Assembly (NCBI GenBank): GCA_013003115.1
Contig: JABDLF010000007.1
Coordinates: 2,874-66,873 of the forward strand
From: Gammaproteobacteria bacterium
GTDB lineage: Bacteria; Pseudomonadota; Gammaproteobacteria; Steroidobacterales; JABDLF01
Direction of reading: 5' to 3'
Length of the DNA stretch: 64,000 bases
The notes beneath the pieces were generated by a model. That model worked only from the letters and a program-made list of their open reading frames with translations. It was not told where the DNA came from and ran no database searches. Every line of letters begins with the position of its first letter. Position 1 is the first letter of the stretch. A program made the position numbers and the translations under genes. This document shows positions 18,781-29,528 of this stretch, in pieces.

Positions 18781-19758
18781 TCACTCCTCCACGGTAGCGC
18801 GTACCGCATCCACGATGCGCGCCACGCTGGGCATGTATTCCCACTCGGTCTTGAACAATGGCATTACCGTATCGTAACCAGTGACCCGCCGAATTGGCGC
18901 CTGCAGATCATAGAGGCCTTTTTCAGCGACTGATGCAGCAATCTCGGCGCCGACGCCGCAGCTTCTGGCAGCTTCATGGACAATCACCAGGCGCCCGGTT
19001 TTCTCGACGGACTCCAGGATAGTATCCATGTCGATCGGGCTGACCGTGGCCACATCGATCACCTCGCAGCTGATGCCCTCATCCGCAAGCTGGGCGGCCG
19101 CTTTCTGGGTCTCATGGGTCATGGCGCCCCAGGTAACCAGGGTTACGTCCTCGCCATCGCGCAGGGTGTAACAAACATCGAGCGGCAGCGCCTCGCCGTT
19201 ATCTTCGATTTCCTGCTTTGCAAGCCGGTAAATTCGCTTGGGCTCAAGAAACACCACGGGATCAGGGTCGCGAATCGCGGCAAGCAGCAGCCCGTAAGCG
19301 CGGGCGGGTGAAGAGGGGATGACAACCCGAATGCCGGGCATGTGAGCAAACAGCGCTTCCGTGCTTTCCGAGTGATGCTCAGGTGCATGGATGCCGCCGC
19401 CGAACGGGGCCCGCAGCACCATCGGGCAGCTCAGGCGGCCCCGTGTTCGATGGCGCATCCTGCCGGCGTGGCTGATCATCTGGTCTACGGCGGGATAAAT
19501 GAAGCCCATAAACTGAATTTCGGCAACGGGCCGCATACCCTGGGCGGCCATGCCAACGGAAATGCCCGCGATCATTCCTTCTGCCAGAGGGGTGTCCCAG
19601 ACGCGCTGTTTATCGAAGCGCTGCTGCAGACCCGCAGTCGCTCGAAATACGCCACCGTTGACACCGACGTCCTCACCGAGCACCACCACCCGGTCGTCAT
19701 GCTCCATCTCATAGGCCAACGCCATAGTGACGGCTTCGATCAAGGTTACGCGTGCCAT
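18781..19758 (-). CDS. bkdA2: 2-oxoisovalerate (branched-chain keto-acid) dehydrogenase E1 beta subunit
   Basis: MARVTLIEAVTMALAYEMEHDDRVVVLGEDVGVNGGVFRAT..., transketolase-like pyrimidine-binding and C-terminal domains. Start 1 nt after the E1alpha stop. Confidence 0.88.
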   Translation of the reverse strand: MARVTLIEAVTMALAYEMEHDDRVVVLGEDVGVNGGVFRATAGLQQRFDKQRVWDTPLAEGMIAGISVGMAAQGMRPVAEIQFMGFIYPAVDQMISHAGRMRHRTRGRLSCPMVLRAPFGGGIHAPEHHSESTEALFAHMPGIRVVIPSSPARAYGLLLAAIRDPDPVVFLEPKRIYRLAKQEIEDNGEALPLDVCYTLRDGEDVTLVTWGAMTHETQKAAAQLADEGISCEVIDVATVSPIDMDTILESVEKTGRLVIVHEAARSCGVGAEIAASVAEKGLYDLQAPIRRVTGYDTVMPLFKTEWEYMPSVARIVDAVRATVEE

Positions 19759-19759
19759 T

Positions 19760-20839
19760 TCAGTGCCCGCCCTTGCCGAAATAAGCGATCGCCGTATCGC
19801 GCTGTTCTTCCATTGCCTCGGGCAGTTCGGCATACATGTAGTCGAACATGGACTCAGGCGTCGGCGGCGGTGTATCCAGGTAGGCCTGCACGGCCGCCTC
19901 GACTTTTTCCTGACACTCGGCGATCAGCTTGCTTTCCTTTTTTTCGTCCCAGGCACCGATATCCTGGAGGTAGGCGCGCATTCTGATCAGCGGCTCATAT
20001 TTCCAGGCATCGTCGACCTCGTCCTGGCGGCGATAGCGACTGGCGTCATCCGCCGTCGTATGGTCGCTGAGTCGATAGGTCAGCGCCTCGATCAAGGTCG
20101 GCCCCTCGCCGTCGCGCGCCCGTTTCAGCGCGTTGCTGATCGCATGCCGCACGGCTACAACGTCATTGCCATCGACCTGAATACCGGGGATGCCTGCAGC
20201 TACCGCTTTTTGCGCAAGGGTTTCGCAGGCGGTCTGGATTTCGAGGGGTACCGATATCGCCCACTTGTTATTGACCACTACACCAACCAGCGGGAGTTTG
20301 GTCACGCCTGCAACGTTTAACGCTTCATAAAAAGCACCTTCAGACGTTCCGCCGTCGCCGATCGAGGTCACGGCGCAGCGCTTTTCCCCGCGTAGCTTGA
20401 AGGCCAAAGCGGCGCCGGCCGCGTGCAGGAACTGGGTTGCGATTGGCACGCACCAGGCAAAGTCGTGCCTGGGAACAGCGTAGTCGTTGCCGCGCTCGTC
20501 TCCGCCCCAGTAAAGCAGGACTTCTTCCATCTTGACGCCGCGCCAGAACTGCGCGCCATACTCTCGGTACATCGGCGCATAAACGTCGTCTTCCTGCATG
20601 GCGGCTCCCATGCCAACGTGGGCCGCCTCGTGTCCCAGGCATGAAGCATAAGTGCCCAGTTTGCCTGTCCTTTGCAGGTTGATGGCCTTGGTATCAAATA
20701 CGCGGGTCAGGCTCATCAGGCGGTACATCCTGAGCAGTTCCTCGGAATCCTCCGCGAACGAGGGCAGCTTGCCCACAGGTTTGCCCTGCGGATCTATGCA
20801 CTGCAGGTAGGGTATTTTGAAATTAGCGACGGTCTTCAA
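19760..20839 (-). CDS. bkdA1: 2-oxoisovalerate dehydrogenase E1 alpha subunit (ThDP-dependent)
   Basis: 359 aa. ThDP motif SIGDGGTSEGAFYEALNVAG...VVNNKWAIS. Operon order E1alpha-E1beta-E2. Confidence 0.88.
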   Translation of the reverse strand: MKTVANFKIPYLQCIDPQGKPVGKLPSFAEDSEELLRMYRLMSLTRVFDTKAINLQRTGKLGTYASCLGHEAAHVGMGAAMQEDDVYAPMYREYGAQFWRGVKMEEVLLYWGGDERGNDYAVPRHDFAWCVPIATQFLHAAGAALAFKLRGEKRCAVTSIGDGGTSEGAFYEALNVAGVTKLPLVGVVVNNKWAISVPLEIQTACETLAQKAVAAGIPGIQVDGNDVVAVRHAISNALKRARDGEGPTLIEALTYRLSDHTTADDASRYRRQDEVDDAWKYEPLIRMRAYLQDIGAWDEKKESKLIAECQEKVEAAVQAYLDTPPPTPESMFDYMYAELPEAMEEQRDTAIAYFGKGGH

Positions 20840-21114
20840 GAAGAGCTCCTGTAGGCGCTGCGGCCCGGCAATGCCCGGGCATGAGTTGTTGCTGAAAATC
20901 CGGAGTCATGGATGCCTTGTTTGCGTCTTTTTCCGAGGCTCCGGGCAGGACTTTCAGGGCGGTTATCGACCCGCTCTGCGAGCCTGCGATTGAGCGCCGC
21001 ATTATACAGGATGTGCCAATCACAAGGCATGGCAGTATGACAATGATGCGCTGCGCAAGCGGGCAGGGATACAATGCTCATCTGTCTGGCCGCAAAGCGA
21101 CACCGGGACTTCAA

Positions 21115-21957
21115 ATGAAAAAGCGTGAAATGGAAAAAGGCATACATACAGATCTGACCGAGCAGATGACCTATGAGGGCTATCTCGGTCTGGAGACCCT
21201 GCTGGATTCGCAGCATCCGGTCAGTGACCCGATGCACCATGACGAAATGCTTTTTATTATTCAGCATCAGACTTCAGAGCTATGGTTCAAGCTTATTCTG
21301 CACGAGCTTCACGCCGCGATCGCGTCGATTCAGCAGGATGCACTGGAGCCTTGTTTCAAGATTCTCTCAAGGGTGAAGCAGATCCAGCAGCAGCTTTATG
21401 GGCAGTGGTCGGTGCTGGAAACCCTCACACCTTCCGAGTACATGGAATTTCGACATGTCCTCGGCCGCGCGAGCGGATTTCAATCGTCGCAGTATCGCGA
21501 GCTGGAATTTCTGCTCGGCAACAAGGACCCCGACATACTCAGAGTGTTTGCGTACAGCCCGCCCGTTCGTGATCGCCTGGCATCCGTGCTGAACAAGCCG
21601 AGCCTGTACGATGAATTTCTGCGCTTTCTCAAGCGCCGGGGCTACCCTATTCCGGAGGCTGCAACTGAGCGTGACTGGTCCCAGCCTTACATAGAATCGG
21701 CTGGCGTGCTGGCTGTTATCAAGACCATCTACAAGGGCACGGATCGCAACTGGGATGCCTACAATATGTGCGAAAAGCTCATTGATCTCGAGGTCAATTT
21801 TCAGCTTTGGCGTTTCCGCCATATGAAAACGGTGGAGCGGATTATCGGCTACAAGGCCGGCACCGGCGGGTCGTCCGGCGTGGCTTTTCTGCGCAAGGCG
21901 CTCGACATCCAGTTCTTCCCGGAACTCTATTCCGTACGAACCGAACTGGGATCCTGA
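21115..21957 (+). CDS. kynA: Tryptophan 2,3-dioxygenase
   Basis: [49 protein letters not shown]...[16 protein letters not shown]...[27 protein letters not shown] closely matches bacterial TDO as I recall it (e.g. Xanthomonas). Start moved from 20908 to ATG 21115 to match TDO length (280 aa). Confidence 0.9.
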   Translation: MKKREMEKGIHTDLTEQMTYEGYLGLETLLDSQHPVSDPMHHDEMLFIIQHQTSELWFKLILHELHAAIASIQQDALEPCFKILSRVKQIQQQLYGQWSVLETLTPSEYMEFRHVLGRASGFQSSQYRELEFLLGNKDPDILRVFAYSPPVRDRLASVLNKPSLYDEFLRFLKRRGYPIPEAATERDWSQPYIESAGVLAVIKTIYKGTDRNWDAYNMCEKLIDLEVNFQLWRFRHMKTVERIIGYKAGTGGSSGVAFLRKALDIQFFPELYSVRTELGS

Positions 21958-22454
21958 AACGACGGTTCCTCGCTGAGAGGTCCGATTTCCTCGGCGCGCT
22001 GGAGGAGGCGCTGTAATGCCGCGTCGAGAACCGTGCGCTGTTCTTCGCTGAAGCCTTCGAGCAGTCTCGCTTCATAAGCCATTGCCATCGGCGCCACGTC
22101 GCCGAGCAGGGCCTGGCCCGAGTCCGACAGGGCGAGGACCGAGCGCCGCCGATCCGCCGCGGCGACCTCATGATCGACAAAGCCCGCGCTTCTCAGCCGA
22201 TTGACTGCGCGGCTCACTGCAACCTTGTCCATGGCTGTTTTTTCGGCCACCTCGCGCGCTGCAATATGCGGATAGCGACCGAGCACGGCAATGATTCGCC
22301 ATTCCGGAATGGTGAGCCCGAAGCGACTGGCGTAGGCGCCGGCGATGGCGGTGCTGACCGTGTTGGACAGAACGCTCAGGCGGTAGGGCAGGAATCCCTC
22401 CAAATCGATGGCGGAATCCGTCAGCGCTTCATCATGCTTGTATGAGGCTTGCAT
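21927..22454 (-). CDS. MarR-family transcriptional regulator, likely repressor of the divergent hppD-hmgA operon
   Basis: Winged-helix region [47 protein letters not shown]. The track start (22463) is TTG; ATG 22454 (MQASYKHDE) is preferred. The 3' end overlaps the kynA 3' end by 31 nt (convergent). Confidence 0.8.
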   Translation of the reverse strand: MQASYKHDEALTDSAIDLEGFLPYRLSVLSNTVSTAIAGAYASRFGLTIPEWRIIAVLGRYPHIAAREVAEKTAMDKVAVSRAVNRLRSAGFVDHEVAAADRRRSVLALSDSGQALLGDVAPMAMAYEARLLEGFSEEQRTVLDAALQRLLQRAEEIGPLSEEPSFQDPSSVRTE

Positions 22455-22495
22455 TTGTTTCAATTGTAACTATAATAGTTTCAATTGCAACTATA
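22449..22495 (+). promoter_or_regulatory. hppD promoter (TTGCAT-16 nt-TATAAT) overlapped by two copies of an 18-nt operator, each containing the palindrome GTTnCAATTGnAAC
   Basis: -35 at 22449-22454, -10 at 22471-22476. Repeat 1 is GTTTCAATTGTAACTATA (22457-22474) and repeat 2 is GTTTCAATTGCAACTATA (22478-22495): 17/18 identical with a 21-nt period. Lies between the divergent MarR and hppD genes. Confidence 0.6.
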
Positions 22496-22562
22496 TCTGC
22501 CGGGTGGGTTCCCGTCCGGCACTCAACCGGCTCATAAGTAGCCGATTCAGCGGAGAATTCTT

Positions 22563-23618
22563 ATGGTGGACCAGTTCGAGAATCCAATGGGTACCGATGG
22601 CTTCGAGTTTGTCGAATTTGCGGCGCCGGACCACCAGCTGCTGGCGTCCCTTTTCACAAACATGGGCTTTGCGGCTGTTGCCAGGCATAAAAAAATGGAT
22701 GCCGTTTTATATCGCCAGGGCAACATTAATTTCATCGTCAATGCCGAGCCAGGCAGTTTTGCTGCGGACTTTGCAGCACAGCACGGACCGTGTGCGTGCG
22801 GCTTTGGCATCCGCGTGCGCGATTCGAAGTTTGCATTTTCGCGCGCCATCGAGCGCGGCGCGAGTGCCGTGACCCATAAGCCAGGCTCAACGCCTGTGAC
22901 CACCGAGATGATCGAAGGCATCGGAGGCAGCATTCTTTATCTGGTTGATCAATATGGTGACAGCGATCTTTATGCTCACGACTTTGCTTACATCGACGGT
23001 GTCGAAACTCATCCGCAGGGCCTGGGCCTGACTTACATCGACCATCTGACACACAACGTTTTCAAAGGCAACATGGACAAGTGGGCCGGGTTTTACGAGA
23101 AGCTTTTTAACTTTCGCGAGATAAGATATTTCGATATCAAGGGTGCGCAGACGGGCCTGGTTTCACGTGCGATGACCAGCCCGGACGGCCAGGTGCGAAT
23201 TCCCATCAACGAGTCCAGCGATGACAAGTCACAGATCGCCGAATACCTCGACGAGTACAAAGGCGAGGGCATTCAGCACATCGCGCTGTTTACAGATGAT
23301 ATCTATGCCACCGTAGAGGGTCTGCGACAAAACAAGATCGAGTTTCTTGATGTGCCGGATACTTACTACGAGATGGTTGACGAGCGCTTGCCGGGGCACG
23401 GCGAGGACGTTGCCCGCATGAGTGCAAATCGCATACTGATCGACGGCGACCCCGAGACCAAAAAGCAGCTGCTTCTGCAGATTTTTACGCAGACCAACAT
23501 CGGTCCGATTTTCTTCGAGATCATTCAGCGTAAGGGCAATGAAGGTTTCGGTGAGGGTAATTTCCAGGCGCTTTTCGAGTCCATCGAACGCGACCAACAG
23601 CGCCGCGGCGTTATTTGA
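22563..23618 (+). CDS. hppD: 4-hydroxyphenylpyruvate dioxygenase
   Basis: 351 aa. ENPMGTDGFEFVEFAAPD, IQHIALFTDDIYATV, IFFEIIQRKGNEGFGEGNFQALFESIE are hallmark HPPD motifs. Confidence 0.92.
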   Translation: MVDQFENPMGTDGFEFVEFAAPDHQLLASLFTNMGFAAVARHKKMDAVLYRQGNINFIVNAEPGSFAADFAAQHGPCACGFGIRVRDSKFAFSRAIERGASAVTHKPGSTPVTTEMIEGIGGSILYLVDQYGDSDLYAHDFAYIDGVETHPQGLGLTYIDHLTHNVFKGNMDKWAGFYEKLFNFREIRYFDIKGAQTGLVSRAMTSPDGQVRIPINESSDDKSQIAEYLDEYKGEGIQHIALFTDDIYATVEGLRQNKIEFLDVPDTYYEMVDERLPGHGEDVARMSANRILIDGDPETKKQLLLQIFTQTNIGPIFFEIIQRKGNEGFGEGNFQALFESIERDQQRRGVI

Positions 23619-24772
23619 AGTCTGAGGGTACTAAATTGAAAAACTGGATTTCATTTCCGCGCGTTGCGGGACGTGCTTCGCGGCAGGCGCATGCTGATAT
23701 GCCGGAAGGAACGTTCGAGCGAGAGCTCGGCAAAGAGGGCTTTTTCGGGCCGGCAAGCCACATGTATCATCCGCGCCCGCCCACTGGCTGGACGGCATTC
23801 GAAGGACCGCTCAAGCCGCGGGCGTTTGATACCACCAGGTTTGACGGTGGCAGCACTTCGCCGTGGGAAGCGCGCAAGCTGCTGCACAACGCCCACGTGA
23901 AGGTGCGTTTCTGGAAGCTGCCTGGCTCAATGACGCAGCTCGTGCGCAACAGTGACGGCGACGAGCTGCTCTTTATCCATGAGGGTTCAGGGGATCTTTA
24001 CTGCGACTATGGGCACCTGAAGATCCGCGTAGGTGACTACGTTGTCCTGCCGCGCGGGACCATGTGGCGTATTGATACAGAAGCGTCCATGCAAATACTT
24101 CTGATGGAAGCGACCAATGACAGCTATCGTCTGCCCGACAAGGGGCTTGTTGGCCCGCACGCTATTTTCGATCCGGCAATGCTGGATGTGCCGGAGCTTG
24201 ACGAGGCATTCGAGGCGCAGAAAAGCGACAAGGAATGGCAGGTCGTGGTCAAGCGTCGGGATGCGCTGACGCGGATCACGTTTCCATTCAATCCGCTGGA
24301 TGCCGTTGGCTGGCACGGAGACCTGCTTCCTGTGCGCATTAACTGGCGAGACATTCGTCCATTGATGAGCCACCGTTATCATCTGCCCCCGTCGGCGCAT
24401 ACGACTTTTGTCGCCAGTCGCTTTGTCGTATGTACTTTTGTGCCGCGGCCGTTCGAAACCGATGAAGGTGCGCTCAAGGTGCCGTTCTTTCACAACAACG
24501 ATGACTTTGACGAGGTGATTTTTTACCACGCCGGTGATTTCTTTTCGCGCGACAACATTCATCCGGGCATGATTTCCATGCATCCCTGCGGATTTACCCA
24601 CGGGCCGCACCCGAAAGCGCTCAATAACATGCTGGAGCAAAAGGCGCCGGGCACGGAAGAGGTGGCCGTCATGCTGGATACGCGCGACGCGCTGGAGGTT
24701 ACGGCCGATGCAGAAGAAGTTGAGTGGCGTGGCTACGTGGACTCATGGAAAAGCGACACTGCGAAAGCCTGA
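23615..24772 (+). CDS. hmgA: Homogentisate 1,2-dioxygenase (short cupin-type form)
   Basis: HGD-like cupin core (LLFIHEGSGDLYCDYG...; FHNNDDFDEVIFYHAG...SMHPCGFTHGPHP) plus position between hppD and FAH/maiA. The track start is TTG 23615. TTG 23636 (MKNWISFPR), preceded by GAGGG, is an equally plausible start. Confidence 0.75.
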   Translation: MKSEGTKLKNWISFPRVAGRASRQAHADMPEGTFERELGKEGFFGPASHMYHPRPPTGWTAFEGPLKPRAFDTTRFDGGSTSPWEARKLLHNAHVKVRFWKLPGSMTQLVRNSDGDELLFIHEGSGDLYCDYGHLKIRVGDYVVLPRGTMWRIDTEASMQILLMEATNDSYRLPDKGLVGPHAIFDPAMLDVPELDEAFEAQKSDKEWQVVVKRRDALTRITFPFNPLDAVGWHGDLLPVRINWRDIRPLMSHRYHLPPSAHTTFVASRFVVCTFVPRPFETDEGALKVPFFHNNDDFDEVIFYHAGDFFSRDNIHPGMISMHPCGFTHGPHPKALNNMLEQKAPGTEEVAVMLDTRDALEVTADAEEVEWRGYVDSWKSDTAKA

Positions 24773-24809
24773 CTGCGATAGCTAACAAATAAAAACTCAG
24801 GAGACACTT

Positions 24810-25805
24810 ATGAAACTGGCGTCCCTCAAAGAGGGCGGCCGTGATGGCACGCTGATCGTTGTTGACCGGGAGCTCGGGCGCGGCGTGCGCGCTACATCCG
24901 TCGTGCCCACGCTGCAAGGTGCACTGGACAACTGGGATGCTGTCTGTGCGCCGCTGGCTGAGCTCAGCGAGAAGCTGGCATCGGGCGCGGCATCAGACAG
25001 CTTTTCGCTGGACGTGAGCGCCCTCGCTTCGCCTTTACCGCGCGCCTACCAGTTCCTCGACGGCAGCGCCTATCTCGCCCATGTGGAGCGCGTCCGCAAA
25101 GCGCGTGGCGCGGAGATGCCGCCGAGTTTTCTTACTGATCCGCTCATGTACCAGGCAGCCTCAGACGGGTTCCTGGGGCCTCGCGATGCGGTGGAGGTGG
25201 AAAGCGAGGAATTCGGTATCGACTTCGAATCAGAAGTCTGCGTGATTACCGGCGACGTCCCCATGGCCATAGGTTCCGGCGAGGCAGGACAGTACGTGCG
25301 CCTGATCGTGCTGATCAACGACGTATCGCTGCGCAACCTGATTCCTGCCGAACTCGGCAAGGGCTTCGGGTTTCTCAACAGCAAGCCGCGCTCGGCGCTT
25401 TCCCCGGTTGCGGTGACACCAGACGAGCTCGGGGACGCCTGGCGTGAAAACAAGGTGCACCTGCCCCTGGTCACTCACTATAACGGCAATAAGTTTGGTG
25501 AGCCGGAATGTGCGGAGGATATGCAGTTTGATTTCGGCGAACTGATCGCGCACGCGGCAAGGACCAGGCCGCTGGCAGCCGGCACCATTGTCGGTTCCGG
25601 CACCATTGCAAACCAGGACGAAAGCCGGGGCGCGTCATGCCTGGCCGAAAAACGCGTCATCGAGGTCGTCAGAGATGGCAAGGCGAGCACGCCTTTCATG
25701 TCTTTCGGCGACCGCGTTCGTATTGAGATGCTCGACAAGGCGGGCGCCAGTATTTTCGGCGCCATCGACCAGACGATCGAGCGCTATAGCGGACCGCGTG
25801 CGTGA
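24810..25805 (+). CDS. Fumarylacetoacetate hydrolase-family protein (probable fumarylacetoacetase of the homogentisate pathway)
   Basis: 331 aa. FAH-fold C-terminal domain (ESEVCVITGD...,GSGTIAN) and its pathway context between hmgA and maiA. Confidence 0.78.
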   Translation: MKLASLKEGGRDGTLIVVDRELGRGVRATSVVPTLQGALDNWDAVCAPLAELSEKLASGAASDSFSLDVSALASPLPRAYQFLDGSAYLAHVERVRKARGAEMPPSFLTDPLMYQAASDGFLGPRDAVEVESEEFGIDFESEVCVITGDVPMAIGSGEAGQYVRLIVLINDVSLRNLIPAELGKGFGFLNSKPRSALSPVAVTPDELGDAWRENKVHLPLVTHYNGNKFGEPECAEDMQFDFGELIAHAARTRPLAAGTIVGSGTIANQDESRGASCLAEKRVIEVVRDGKASTPFMSFGDRVRIEMLDKAGASIFGAIDQTIERYSGPRA

Positions 25806-26449
25806 TCAGGCTGCACAGTTACTGGCGCAGCACCGCGGCCTATCGCGTGCGCATCGCGCTCAATCTGAAAAATCTCGACTATGAACTGATGCCGGTGCAC
25901 CTGGTTCGAGATGGCGGCGAACAGCACAAACCGGCATTTCGCGGGCTCAACCCCCAGGGGAGAGTGCCGCTGCTGGAACACGATGGCACGCGCATCAGCC
26001 AGTCCCTGGCCATCGTCGAGTATCTCGATGAGGTGTTTAAGGAACCCCCGCTTCTGCCGGACGACGCGCATGGCCGCGCCCGGGTGCGCAGCCTCGCGCA
26101 GCTTGTTGCCTGCGATATACACCCTCTCAACAACCTGAGCGTGCTGGCCTATTTGAAGGGCGAGTTCGGTGCCGACAAAGATCAGGTGGGTGAATGGTAC
26201 GGGCACTGGATTGAACAGGGATTCACTGCCCTCGAGCAGCGCCTTAATTCCGAAGACGCAGGCGGCGAGTTCTGTCACGGTGCCCGGCCCGGAATCGCTG
26301 ACCTGTGCCTCGTGCCGCAGGTGTACAACGCGCGCAGATTCAATATCGATATAGGCAGCTATCACCGCATCCTGGAAATCGATAGCGCATGCATGGCGCT
26401 GCCGGCGTTTCAGCGAGCGGCACCTGAGCGCCAGCCAGACGCGGAGTAA
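25802..26449 (+). CDS. maiA: Maleylacetoacetate isomerase (zeta-class glutathione S-transferase)
   Basis: LHSYWRSTAAYRVRIALNLKNL...NPQGRVPLLEHDG..ISQSLAIVEYLDE matches the zeta-GST signature (S-S-C/A-x-W/Y-R-V-R-I-A-L). The GTG start overlaps the FAH stop (GTGA). Confidence 0.85.
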   Translation: MIRLHSYWRSTAAYRVRIALNLKNLDYELMPVHLVRDGGEQHKPAFRGLNPQGRVPLLEHDGTRISQSLAIVEYLDEVFKEPPLLPDDAHGRARVRSLAQLVACDIHPLNNLSVLAYLKGEFGADKDQVGEWYGHWIEQGFTALEQRLNSEDAGGEFCHGARPGIADLCLVPQVYNARRFNIDIGSYHRILEIDSACMALPAFQRAAPERQPDAE

Positions 26450-26467
26450 TGCTCCCGCAACCGCGGG

Positions 26468-27559
26468 TCAGGGCAAGTGCGGACTTGCGAGGTACTCGCG
26501 CGACTGCATTTCTTTAAGGCGACTGCGTGTACGTTCGAACTCGAAACCAAGCCGCTTACCCCGATAAAGGCTTTCGAGCTCACTTTCGGCAGCAACGATA
26601 AGCTTGACGTTGCGATCGTAAAGCTCGTCGACCAGCGCGATAAATCGTCGCGCCTGATTCTCGGTTTCCGGCGTCAGCACCGGCACGCCGGAAAGCACCA
26701 CCGTGTGAAACTCCTTCGCAATTTCGATGTAGTCGGCGGGACCGCGCGGGCCGTCGCACAGGGCTTCGAATTCGCACCACAGGACACCATCAGCTACACG
26801 ACGGGCGTGAATCGGGCGCTTTTCAATAATCAGGCTGAAGCTGCGCTTGCCGGCATCCGGCGCCATGTCGTCGAAATACTGTTCCAGTTTTTGCGTTGTC
26901 TGTTCGTCTTGGCTCGCGAGATAAATTTCTGCGCTCTCGAGTACTCGCAGACGATAGTCCTTGCCGCTCTCAAGCTGCATGACCTGGCAGTGCTTTTCCA
27001 AAAGAGCAACGGCCGGGAGAAACCGCGCGCGCTGCAGCCCATCATGATAAAGCCGTGATGGCGGAGAGTTTGATGTCGCGATAAGCGTCACGCCGCGTGC
27101 AAACAGCTGCTCGAGAAGTCCACCGAGCAGCATGGCGTCTGCAATGTCCGAAACGAAAAATTCATCGAAGCAAAGCACGCGGGTATCGGCGGCCATATTT
27201 GCCGCGACAATCGGTAGGGGGTTTTTTTCCCCGTCCAGCGCGCGCAGCCGCTCGTGCACGTCAATCATGAAGCGGTGGAAATGGCTGCGCCGCTTGACGC
27301 CTGCCGGCAGGCAGGCATAGAAAAGGTCCATCAGGAAGGTCTTGCCTCGACCAACCCCGCCCCACAAATAGAGGCCCCGCACGGGGTTACGACCGGACTG
27401 GCCGAACAGTTGGCGCGTGGCCCGCACGATTGCAGGTTGCCGTTTCGTCACGAGTTCCTGGTAGATCTCATCCAGTGCGCCGACGGCAATCCGCTGTGCG
27501 GGGTTGTCCTCGAAGCCGGGCCGACCAAGATGCTGGGTGTAGGCCTCGATCGGTCGCAT
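26468..27559 (-). CDS. zapE: AFG1-like ATPase / cell-division protein ZapE
   Basis: 363 aa. Walker A YLWGGVGRGKTFLMDLF, Walker B VLCFDEFFVSDI. Start lies 3 nt after the aacS stop. Confidence 0.85.
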   Translation of the reverse strand: MRPIEAYTQHLGRPGFEDNPAQRIAVGALDEIYQELVTKRQPAIVRATRQLFGQSGRNPVRGLYLWGGVGRGKTFLMDLFYACLPAGVKRRSHFHRFMIDVHERLRALDGEKNPLPIVAANMAADTRVLCFDEFFVSDIADAMLLGGLLEQLFARGVTLIATSNSPPSRLYHDGLQRARFLPAVALLEKHCQVMQLESGKDYRLRVLESAEIYLASQDEQTTQKLEQYFDDMAPDAGKRSFSLIIEKRPIHARRVADGVLWCEFEALCDGPRGPADYIEIAKEFHTVVLSGVPVLTPETENQARRFIALVDELYDRNVKLIVAAESELESLYRGKRLGFEFERTRSRLKEMQSREYLASPHLP

Positions 27560-27562
27560 GGG

Positions 27563-29524
<1,962 letters not shown>

Positions 29525-29528
29525 GCGT

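Noticed and set aside
20908-21114. 69-codon N-terminal extension of kynA in the ORF track
   Set aside because: Bacterial TDOs are ~280 aa and homology begins at [14 protein letters not shown]. The extension lies in the bkd/kynA promoter region.
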